53,524 bases of DNA. Origin: a virus (lineage: Duplodnaviria > Caudoviricetes). The position numbers and the translations under genes are program-made. Position 1 is the stretch's first letter. Each line of letters begins with the position of its first letter. The notes under the pieces are model-generated. The model saw only the letters and a program-made list of their open reading frames with translations, was not told where the DNA came from and did no database searches. Below are positions 29,489 through 36,604 of the stretch, piece by piece. Location: positions 1-53,524 of IMG/VR virus record IMGVR_UViG_3300013016_000004; one strand, 5' to 3'.

Positions 29489-30037
29489 ATGACCATTATC
29501 CTTGACCCCGGACATGGCGGCGCGGACCCCGGCGCAACACGGGACCACCCGGTCGAAGCCTGGATCTGCCTCAACGTCGCCCTGGCCTGCCGCGATTCCC
29601 TCAAAGGGCATCGTGTGGTCATGACCCGCAACGAGGACGCTTCCACCTCCCTTGCCGCAAGAGTTCTGGCCGCAAAACGCGAAAAGGCAGACCTGTTTGT
29701 CTCGATCCATGCCAACGCCGCAGAAGATACTCGGGCCAGAGGCTTTGAGTGTTTTTGCTACACGGGGAGCCAAAAAGGGCAGTCCTGTGGTGCAAGTCTC
29801 ATCGAAGAATATGCCCGCACATTCCCGCAGCGCACACACCGCACATGGCGACCGAATGAGCCGGTTAAAGAAACCTCAACGCTCTACGTCCTTAAAAACA
29901 CGCCCTGCCCCGCCGTGCTGTTTGAGCTTGGCTTTGTCAGCAACGCAGAAGAACGTATCTGGATGTGCGACGAAGAGACGCAGCAGGAAATGGGGCGCGC
30001 GCTTGCACGGGGGATCAAGCGATGGACTGCCGGGTAA
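29489..30037 (+). CDS. Endolysin, N-acetylmuramoyl-L-alanine amidase (Amidase_3)
   Basis: ILDPGHGG.DPGA, E, FVSIHANA, PAVLFELGFVSN motifs. Confidence 0.92.
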   Translation: MTIILDPGHGGADPGATRDHPVEAWICLNVALACRDSLKGHRVVMTRNEDASTSLAARVLAAKREKADLFVSIHANAAEDTRARGFECFCYTGSQKGQSCGASLIEEYARTFPQRTHRTWRPNEPVKETSTLYVLKNTPCPAVLFELGFVSNAEERIWMCDEETQQEMGRALARGIKRWTAG

Positions 30038-30279
30038 AAAGACAGATTGTTGACATCATCCTTGCCGAAGCCATCCGGCAGGAGCGCGGCGAGTCAGAGC
30101 CGACCAATAATCCGCTGATGGAGATTGTCGCCAACGCTGCCGCGCGCGTCAACGAGATCCAGGGCTACCCGCAGGGCGCGCTTCATGTGCTGGCAACCTT
30201 CTACCAGAACCATGCTGCCATGCGCTGTCTCAAGGCGGTTGCCGGAGAGGAAGAACATTGCGGCACGTGCAACAGGTGA
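30022..30279 (+). CDS. Hypothetical protein
   Basis: ORF overlapping the endolysin end. Confidence 0.45.
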   Translation: MDCRVKRQIVDIILAEAIRQERGESEPTNNPLMEIVANAAARVNEIQGYPQGALHVLATFYQNHAAMRCLKAVAGEEEHCGTCNR

Positions 30280-30346
30280 GCCTTTGCCGGTACAGCCCGA
30301 CCGGAACGTGCGAGGGGAACGAGTCTTTATGCAGGAGGGAAAACCG

Positions 30347-30613
30347 ATGTCTGAATCCGCCGAAAATAGCGCCCACCAAACCATTCACCCAGATCCCGAA
30401 AGGTGGTGGAGACACAGACGTCGGCACAGCTACTTGAGCCTTGCCGGTCTTTTTGCGCTGCCTTTTACCGCATCGGTTCTCGATCCTCAACGGCTCGCCG
30501 TGACGGTGCCTCTCCTGCAAACGCTGGCCTGGGTCTTTTGCGCCGTGGTGATTACCTATGTCGTCTCGGCCACCGGCGAAGACGTCTCTCGCATTCTCGG
30601 GGATAAGAAATGA
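30347..30613 (+). CDS. Putative holin (2 TM)
   Basis: W..RRR..Y followed by two hydrophobic segments and AT.ED; GGAGG RBS; in lysis module. Confidence 0.6.
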   Translation: MSESAENSAHQTIHPDPERWWRHRRRHSYLSLAGLFALPFTASVLDPQRLAVTVPLLQTLAWVFCAVVITYVVSATGEDVSRILGDKK

Positions 30614-31002
30614 TCGGCAACGTCAAACTGCTTGCCGCATCCGGGGCCCTGGTCGCCCTCCTTGCGGGGCTTGCCTACGGGCAATACCACCGCGCTTCAT
30701 CGCTTAAAGAGCAGCGCGACGGGCTGCGGGAAGAGGTGGCCGGTGCCGTGGCTCACGTCGAAGAGCTTGTGGCGCTGCGCGAAGCTGAGCAGGAACTGAT
30801 TGCGCGACGCAACCGTGAAAGGAAGCTGCTTTATGCAGAGGTCAATTCTCTTAAAAAAAATCTCTCCCGCCTTGAAGATCAGGCGTCAATTAGTTGGCGC
30901 AACGCTCGGGTGCCTGATCCTGTGCGCCGGCTGTACCTCGACGGTGAAACCGCAGATCATCCGAATCGCACCGCCGGCGGAACTTCTGACCCCGACGATT
31001 GA
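30610..31002 (+). CDS. i-spanin (Rz-like)
   Basis: N-terminal TM, coiled coil, W....VPDPVRRL. Confidence 0.75.
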   Translation: MIGNVKLLAASGALVALLAGLAYGQYHRASSLKEQRDGLREEVAGAVAHVEELVALREAEQELIARRNRERKLLYAEVNSLKKNLSRLEDQASISWRNARVPDPVRRLYLDGETADHPNRTAGGTSDPDD

Positions 31003-31126
31003 ACCTGAAAGCGAGATCCGCACCAACGAAGAAATGCTCAACCTTCTCTTCGATATGCGCTCTGCCCTGCGCGAGTGCAACGCCGATAAGCGCGCCGTCT
31101 CAGAGTGGGCGCAAGCAAAGGAGTGA
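30833..31126 (+). CDS. o-spanin (Rz1-like lipoprotein)
   Basis: Overlapping alternative frame; lipobox LCAG-C; PPAELL and AL..CN.D motifs. Confidence 0.75.
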   Translation: MQRSILLKKISPALKIRRQLVGATLGCLILCAGCTSTVKPQIIRIAPPAELLTPTIEPESEIRTNEEMLNLLFDMRSALRECNADKRAVSEWAQAKE

Positions 31127-31164
31127 TTATGGCGGCAGGAAGATGCCCGGTGTGTGGCAGTCCC

Positions 31165-31297
31165 TTGACATCCTCCCCTCCCTAAAGGAAGGGGATTCCC
31201 GATCCGGAGACCGAGATGGTTGACGCTTCACAGAAAACAGGCTTCAAGACCCGGAGGTCAGGCGGCGCTTACGTCGTCTCCTATTGCGAGGCTTACG
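31165..31297 (-). ncRNA. omegaRNA-like scaffold retained at the right end of the HNH element
   Basis: GGAG..GTAAG, GTGAAGC and GGAATCCCC hairpin ending TCAA, as in tnpB right-end RNAs; 5' boundary approximate. Confidence 0.55.
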
Positions 31298-31339
31298 GTA
31301 TGTGTTATACTGTAAGTCCATCAGCGATAGGAGATAGAA

Positions 31340-31933
31340 ATGCGACAGTGCTCAAAATGCCAACGAAAACTCAACGACCAGATGTTTACTTCATGGGGGC
31401 GAAACCAGTGCCGGGATTGTCTCAATGCTCTAAGAACGAAGAACAGAAGGAAGAACGGCGTAAAGACTCGGGAACAGCAGCGACTGTACATGCAGGAATA
31501 TCGGAAGAAAAACAAAGACGAGATATTGCAACGCCAAAAAGACTACCGTCGAAACAACGCTATCAAGTGGCTGTGGAAGCAGATGTACAGAAGAAAGGAT
31601 GTCTTAAATATATCAAGGGAAGAATTTTATCGAATCTACGCCGTCCCTCAACAATGCCCAGTGCTTGGTATTCCAATATCATTCGATATGACCAGGGACA
31701 ACTTGCCGTCAGTGGACAGAATAGATTCAAGCCGGCCTTACGAAGTTGGGAATATTTGCATCATGTCATATCGAGCCAACATGATAAAAAGTGTCGGGAG
31801 CGCGGTAGAACACCAGAAAATTGCAGATTGGCTAAATCAGAACGGCTTCGGGGAAATTGCAGGAAAATGTTTCGACTACAAGCACCCGGCCGCCACAACG
31901 GTGCTTTTTGGAAGGGAAAGGAAGCCAATCTGA
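31340..31933 (+). CDS. HNH-type (DRID) homing-endonuclease-like protein
   Basis: N-terminal CxxC..CxxC, basic helix, CPVLGIP, PSVDRIDSSRPY..GN....RAN..K; AGGAG RBS; lower GC. Confidence 0.8.
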   Translation: MRQCSKCQRKLNDQMFTSWGRNQCRDCLNALRTKNRRKNGVKTREQQRLYMQEYRKKNKDEILQRQKDYRRNNAIKWLWKQMYRRKDVLNISREEFYRIYAVPQQCPVLGIPISFDMTRDNLPSVDRIDSSRPYEVGNICIMSYRANMIKSVGSAVEHQKIADWLNQNGFGEIAGKCFDYKHPAATTVLFGRERKPI

Positions 31934-32103
31934 ATTTTGAAAGCGGTTTGCAGGCGCTGCTTCATGCTCACAAGTATGCCATAGTTCTTGTAAACCCACA
32001 ACCACACGAGGAGCGCGCTTTCCTCCCAGGCCTGAACGCCGGGGTCTCCAGCGCGAAGATATGATGAGCGGGCATGTATGCCCTCAATGCAGAGAGAAAA
32101 GCC

Positions 32104-33299
32104 ATGTCCTGGAACGATGACACGGAGCAGGAACTTTTGCGGGTCAAGCGCGCCAACCCCGACTTTGGCTGGCGCAGACTGACCAAGGCGGTCGGCTGCG
32201 GAGAGCGAAAGACCAAGCGCTTCCTTGAACGCTTTGCGGCCGGCAAACACGCCGATGAGCGCCAGGACGAACGCGAGGTGGTCCGGCTTAAACGAAAGCT
32301 CAAGGAGGCCGAAGAACAACTCAAGAAAAATGTGGCATTCAACGCCATTGTCGGCGAACTCAAGAGCGCAAAGCTCAAGCCACCGCAGTGGGTCACGCCC
32401 GAGCGAAGCAGTTCAAACCAGGCCATTGCCTGCGCCTGCCTTGGCGATACGCATTTCGATGAAGTGGTTGACCCGGAGCAGATCGAAGGCTTAAACGCTT
32501 ACAGCCGCGAGATTGCCCTGAAGCGCCTGCAAAAGTATTTTCGCTCCGTGGTGGAGTTGGGCCGTGATTACTTCTCCGGCGTGCAGATCCAGGGGCTATC
32601 GCTCAACCTTCTTGGCGATATTGTCTCCGGAAATATCCACGAAGAGTTGCAGCAGACCAACGAAGCTGGAATCATCGACACATGCCTTTACTGGTCTGAG
32701 CAGCTTGTGGCAGGCATTGAGCAGATGGCCTCTTATTATGGCCGGGTGCATATCGAAGCGGTCGTAGGCAACCACGGACGGCTGAGCAAAAAGCCCGTCG
32801 CTAAAAACAAGGTGCATGACAACTTCGATTACCTGATTTATGCACTGATCGTGCGCCACTTTCGCGGGGCCCCGGAAATCACCATGCGCGCTTCAGGCTG
32901 CTCCGACAGCGACTTTCAGATCTACAATACCCGCTACCGGCTCAACCACGGCGATCAGTTTCGTGGCGGCTCCGGCATTGCCGGGGCGCTCTCCCGCTGC
33001 TGATTGGCGACTCCCGCAAACGCAAACGGGCAATCTCTGCCCACAACCCCTACGACTACCTTGTCATTGGTCACTGGCACCAGACCATTGACCACGGCAG
33101 CATCATCGGCAACGGCACCCTCAAAGGGTATGATGAATACGCTTACGACAAGAATTTCAACTTTGAACCGCCCCAGCAATCGTTCTGGCTCACCGATCCG
33201 CACAAGGGCATTACGCTCAAAGCCCCGGTGCATGTAGTGGACAAGTCCGAGGATTGGGCCATTGAGAAAAAGGAGGTGCCGTCATGGATGGCCGCGTAA
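32104..33299 (+). pseudogene. Calcineurin-like metallophosphoesterase, frameshifted near 32995
   Basis: GDTHFDE, LGDIVSG.IH, VGNHGR, HGD, then GHWHQ and NG.LKGYDEYA in a shifted frame; one extra C restores ALSPLLIGD. Confidence 0.75.
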
Positions 33300-33427
33300 A
33301 ATGTCAGGGACGAACTGAGGTCTATTCCCGTGTCTGTGGCTTCTTTCGCCCTGTGCAGCAGTGGAACGTGGGCAAGAAGGCGGAATACGCAGACCGCAAG
33401 CCCTTTATCGTTGACGCCTGGAAATAG
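33284..33427 (+). CDS. 47-aa stand-alone NrdD C-terminal (glycyl-radical loop) protein
   Basis: MDGRVKCQGRTEVYSRVCGFFRPVQQWNVGKKAEYADRK matches the class III RNR EVYSRV.GY.RPV..WN.GK..E..DR pattern; AGGAGG RBS. Confidence 0.8.
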   Translation: MDGRVKCQGRTEVYSRVCGFFRPVQQWNVGKKAEYADRKPFIVDAWK

Positions 33428-33486
33428 CTTTGCGATAATACCCTCAAGCCGTCTCCCATCTCCGACGCCTCATCTCACTCCCCGAG

Positions 33487-33520
33487 AAAGCCCCGGCCTC
33501 ACCGCTGGGGCTTTTGTTTT
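33487..33520 (+). terminator. Intrinsic terminator ending the late operon
   Basis: AAAGCCCCGGC..GCTGGGGCTTTTGTTTT. Confidence 0.75.
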
Positions 33521-33618
33521 GGGACAATTTGGGTACAATGGGACAAAAATTCTGCGTTTCAACACAATTCAACACGGCTCAACATTTCAAGTCTTTTCAA
33601 CTATTTTTTGATTAGTTA
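33521..33618. repeat. Short direct repeats resembling tyrosine-integrase att arm sites
   Basis: GGGACAA/GGTACAA/GGGACAA and TCAAC(A) x4 in an AT-rich convergence region. Confidence 0.35.
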
Positions 33619-33674
33619 CAGACCTACCCCGTCGGTGATATACGGTTAAATCGCGGCCTATCCCGATGTTATCT
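33619..33674 (+). other. Degenerate attC-like site 0
   Basis: GTCGG(T)GATA...TATCCCGAT pairing, then GTTATCT core; left core is degenerate. Confidence 0.35.
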
Positions 33675-33902
33675 GCAACCTACATGACGCCCGTCACCGT
33701 CTAGTCGTGGCGTCAGACCACCACCAAACAATGACCCAGGTTTAAGGTACCGACACCCGGTCCCATAATCGACGTAGAGAACCAAGCCGGATCGTTCTTT
33801 GTTCGCACGATCATCGGTGTCGTCATAAGGCATTGTTAAAAATCCCACGACAACATAAACGATTAATCCAGACCAAAAGAATATTTTGACCACTTTCCAC
33901 AT
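33669..33902 (-). CDS. Cassette gene: single-TM protein (DUF6440-like)
   Basis: D.TD...RSG..LYVD.GTGC.YL...GGLTPRLD.DG motif; stop codon lies in the GTTA core. Confidence 0.7.
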   Translation of the reverse strand: MWKVVKIFFWSGLIVYVVVGFLTMPYDDTDDRANKERSGLVLYVDYGTGCRYLKPGSLFGGGLTPRLDGDGRHVGCR

Positions 33903-33917
33903 ATGTTCACCTTTCAC

Positions 33918-33976
33918 AGATAACCATGGCGTGCAGTCGGACTACTGCGCACCCGCTGACGCCTGGGGCGTTCAAA
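33918..33976 (+). other. attC-like site 1
   Basis: AGATAAC..GGCGT(G)CAG(T)CGG..CCGCTGACGCC..GTTCAAA with two extrahelical bases. Confidence 0.75.
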
Positions 33977-33991
33977 TGTCTTTGCGCAAAA

Positions 33992-34252
33992 TCAGTCCTC
34001 GATTGTTTCTTCTACATCATCTACGTGCATCTCGATCCCCATGTCGGCCAACTTTCCGTACCCCTCAGCAAATGGCTCAAACTGGTCGCAGAGTCCGCGT
34101 GCTTGCAGTTGTGCTAAATGCTTGAGGTGATCCTCAACGGTGTGAAAAGCGAACATGTAGCTCCGAAAATCAGCCATCCATTCTGGAGTGAACTTCGACT
34201 CGTCGTACTCAATCTCAACATACTGCGTCACAACAACAGTTTTCTTTGCCAT
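33992..34252 (-). CDS. Cassette gene: hypothetical protein
   Basis: AAGGAGG RBS; lies between attC1 and attC2. Confidence 0.7.
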   Translation of the reverse strand: MAKKTVVVTQYVEIEYDESKFTPEWMADFRSYMFAFHTVEDHLKHLAQLQARGLCDQFEPFAEGYGKLADMGIEMHVDDVEETIED

Positions 34253-34293
34253 ATAACCTCCTTTATGGCCGCTTCGCGCCCAGCGCAAAGTCA

Positions 34294-34389
34294 TTTGAAC
34301 CATCCAGTGAAGCGGTTACGCTCGCTGTTCTCGATAGGCTCGCAGGCGCTCCGGCTGTTCTGCGACCCCGGCTATCGCTACCGTTATGC
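34294..34389 (+). other. attC-like site 2 (L boxes degenerate)
   Basis: TTTGAAC...GTTATGC cores, each complementary to the neighbouring cassette end. Confidence 0.55.
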
Positions 34390-34653
34390 GCCACTTGGAA
34401 GCTCTCGGCGCTCGGCAGGATTCTTATAATCAATGTCAGTCCACCACTCTTGTGTGCAGTCGTAACAAGTCCTGTACCCCTCGCCGCAAAGGTCTTTATT
34501 CGCAGACCACGGGCATCCGCATTCTGGACACTCACAGTCATACTCGTAGTGCATTCCTGCCGCGATTGCATCGTCCTCGGTCTTTTCTCGCCGGTCGCGC
34601 CTAACCCCCGCTGCACCGGACTGAACAACGCCATTGCTTATCGAATATTTCAT
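34384..34653 (-). CDS. Cassette gene: CxxC..CxxC zinc-finger protein starting inside attC3
   Basis: CPEC...CYDC; stop codon lies in the GTTA core of attC2. Confidence 0.6.
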   Translation of the reverse strand: MKYSISNGVVQSGAAGVRRDRREKTEDDAIAAGMHYEYDCECPECGCPWSANKDLCGEGYRTCYDCTQEWWTDIDYKNPAERRELPSGA

Positions 34654-34700
34654 TGCGTCTCATCCTTCCCACCGCAGCGCGGTGAGCTAAAACGTTAAAA
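34599..34700 (+). other. attC-like site 3
   Basis: GCCTAAC-ccccg-CT(G)CACCG...CGGTGAG-ctaaaac-GTTAAAA. Confidence 0.8.
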
Positions 34701-34865
34701 ATGCTCTTCTTCTTCCAACTCAACCCGCTCAAACCACACCCCCAAGTGCCTCAACCTCTGCGGAGCGGGAGCCAGGCCACTCTGTACCAACCCTTCACGG
34801 CGCATCCAGGCTACCACGTCCATGCCTTCTATTCGGTCGGCGCGGCCTTTGTTTGGTTTAGCCAT
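34695..34865 (-). CDS. Hypothetical 56-aa protein
   Basis: GGAG RBS; stop codon lies in the GTTA core of attC3. Confidence 0.5.
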   Translation of the reverse strand: MAKPNKGRADRIEGMDVVAWMRREGLVQSGLAPAPQRLRHLGVWFERVELEEEEHF

Positions 34866-35103
34866 CTTGTCTCCACCACTGAAAACAGGATGATTTTTCG
34901 CACCCTGCACACTCAACTTTCCCACTTTTCAACAAGTTAAAGTGCACACTTCCGCAAGAACATACATGCGCTTGGTGGTCGTAAATATCCTCAACTTTTT
35001 TATCGGTCACGATTTCTTTTGGGTTCACATCTTTGCCGCAAAAAACACAGTGAAACCGACATTCGCTGTTGTCTATTCTGTATACTTGGAGTTTCTCGGA
35101 ACA
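34858..35103 (-). pseudogene. 3' part of a Cys-rich zinc-finger gene cut by the tnpB IS
   Basis: CVFC, CSC..CAGC motifs; no own start downstream of the IS right end. Confidence 0.45.
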
Positions 35104-35230
35104 TTGACGTCTCCCCACGGATGAATCCGGGGGATTCCTAATTCGCAGAATCTAGCCCGACTGTGTTTAGACACAGACAGGACTTACGGACTCTCCAAAG
35201 GCTGACACCGCCCGCCCGGCGGCCAAGATG
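35104..35230 (-). ncRNA. omegaRNA of TnpB (overlaps tnpB 3' end and right end)
   Basis: Established tnpB locus architecture; terminal hairpin present; 5' boundary approximate. Confidence 0.6.
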
Positions 35231-36300
35231 TTAATTGCTGCGTTGACGTCCCGATCGTGTTCTGCCTTGCAGTCGGGACACGACCAGCTTCGGACAGAAA
35301 GAGGCAGCTTGTCCATGACAAAGCCACACGCCGAGCATCGCTTGCTCGACGGGTACCACTTGTCGATACCGACAAGTTCTCTGCCGTACCAGCGTGCCTT
35401 GTATTCCAGCTGCCGGACGAACTCCGACCAGCTGGCGTCGGCGATGGATTTGGACAGACAGCCGTTGCGCAGCATGTTCTTGATTGAGAGTGTTTCGAGA
35501 ACGATCGTTTGGTTCTCACGGATCGTCTGGGTTGAGAGTTTATGGAGAAAGTCCCGCCGGGTGTCGGCGATTTTCGCATGAAGCCGGGCGACCTTGACCC
35601 TGGCCTTAGTGCGGTTGCGTGAACCCTTTTTCTTCTTCGCCAGCCGCCTCTGGAGCTTCGCAAGCTTTTTCTCGTTGCGGCGAAAAACGTTCGGAGCAGC
35701 CACCTTCTCGCCCGTGGAGAAAACGGCAAAGTGTGACAGCCCCAGATCGACGCCGACTGCGGCCTCAACTTTTGGAAGAACTGCCACCGCATCGTCGCAC
35801 AGCATAGAGACGAAGTATCTGCCCGCTGCATCCTTGGAGACGGTCACGGTTGTGACCTTGGCCGCCTTGGGGAGAGTGCGGGAGAAGCGAATCTTGAGCG
35901 GCTGCTTCATCTTCGCCAGGGTCAACACCCTGCCATCCCACTTAAAGGCGGAGGACGCATAGGTGGCCGCCTGACGATCATGCTTTGAGCGAAAGGATGG
36001 ATAGCGTGTCCGGCCTGCGAAGAAGTTGCTGAATGCCTGTTGCAGGTGACGAAGGGCTTGCTGGATGGGGACACTTGAGACGTCGTTGAGCCAGGCGTAC
36101 TCGGGGTTTTTCTTGAGCTGTGTCAGTGCCGCAGACGTCTCGTTGTAATCGAGGCGCTCACCCTTCTCAAACCAGGCATCGGTGCGTAGGCGCAGCATGT
36201 GGTTGTAAACGAAACGAGCGCAGCCGAACGTCCGGGACAGGACATCTTCCTGCTCGGGCGTTGGGTAGAAGCGAAATTTGTACGCTCGTTTTATATCCAT
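35167..36300 (-). CDS. tnpB: RNA-guided endonuclease TnpB
   Basis: RAYKFRFYPT, FGCARFVYN, GVDLG, IVLETL, CSAC..CPDC, DRDVNAA; all RuvC acidic residues present. Confidence 0.95.
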   Translation of the reverse strand: MDIKRAYKFRFYPTPEQEDVLSRTFGCARFVYNHMLRLRTDAWFEKGERLDYNETSAALTQLKKNPEYAWLNDVSSVPIQQALRHLQQAFSNFFAGRTRYPSFRSKHDRQAATYASSAFKWDGRVLTLAKMKQPLKIRFSRTLPKAAKVTTVTVSKDAAGRYFVSMLCDDAVAVLPKVEAAVGVDLGLSHFAVFSTGEKVAAPNVFRRNEKKLAKLQRRLAKKKKGSRNRTKARVKVARLHAKIADTRRDFLHKLSTQTIRENQTIVLETLSIKNMLRNGCLSKSIADASWSEFVRQLEYKARWYGRELVGIDKWYPSSKRCSACGFVMDKLPLSVRSWSCPDCKAEHDRDVNAAINILAAGRAVSAFGESVSPVCV

Positions 36301-36394
36301 AGCTTACAGTGTACCGCACTTTCGTGTAAAAACCAAGCCAAAACCTGCGCCTTATATCCCCATAGATGAATCTAGGGGTTTTACGGCGCATCCG

Positions 36395-36479
36395 ATAAAT
36401 CTTTGATTTCTTCCGTCTGGTATTCTTCGCGTAGAGGTTCGAGGTAAACGCCGCCTTTGCCGCAAATGTCACATGCCAT
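36395..36479 (-). pseudogene. 5' part of a CxxC gene (MACDICGK...IKDL) cut by the tnpB IS
   Basis: AAGGAG RBS; frame runs into the IS left end. Confidence 0.55.
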
Positions 36480-36604
36480 ATCTTCTCCTTGTGTCTCATC
36501 GTGCGCGGTTTTTGAGCTACAAACATTGTCTCCCCGCCCCGGCCAAGCGGGACCATCCCGCAACCCATAGCCTATAATCTGCGCCGGAGCGGGGAAGGTG
36601 TTAT

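Larger units (their letters stand above)
31165..32063 (-). mobile_element. Non-autonomous IS200/IS605-family derivative carrying an HNH gene in place of tnpB
   Basis: On - strand: TCAT target, left-end hairpin GACCCCGGCGTTCAGGCCTGGGAGG, right end GGAATCCCCTTCCTTTAGGGAGGGGAGGATGTCAA; no target duplication. Confidence 0.85.
31129..32120 (+). pseudogene. 30-aa zinc-ribbon gene split by the IS605-ended element
   Basis: Removing 31165-32063 restores in-frame MAAGRCPVCGSPMSGHVCPQCREKSHVLER*. Confidence 0.7.
35104..36394 (-). mobile_element. IS200/IS605-family element, tnpB only (IS1341-like)
   Basis: TTAT target, left-end hairpin CCCCTAGATTCATCTATGGGG, right end GGAATCCCCCGGATTCATCCGTGGGGAGACGTCAA; no tnpA. 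Confidence 0.9.

Noticed and set aside
31216-32064. 282-aa ORF spanning the HNH element
   Set aside because: Out-of-frame overlap with the motif-bearing HNH ORF, runs through IS ends, no recognisable motifs or RBS
33623-33651. dif-like site (TACGGTTAAAT resembles the XerD arm)
   Set aside because: No XerC arm at the right spacing; better explained as part of degenerate attC0
33918-34700. CRISPR array
   Set aside because: Repeats are non-identical imperfect palindromes separated by whole genes; no cas genes
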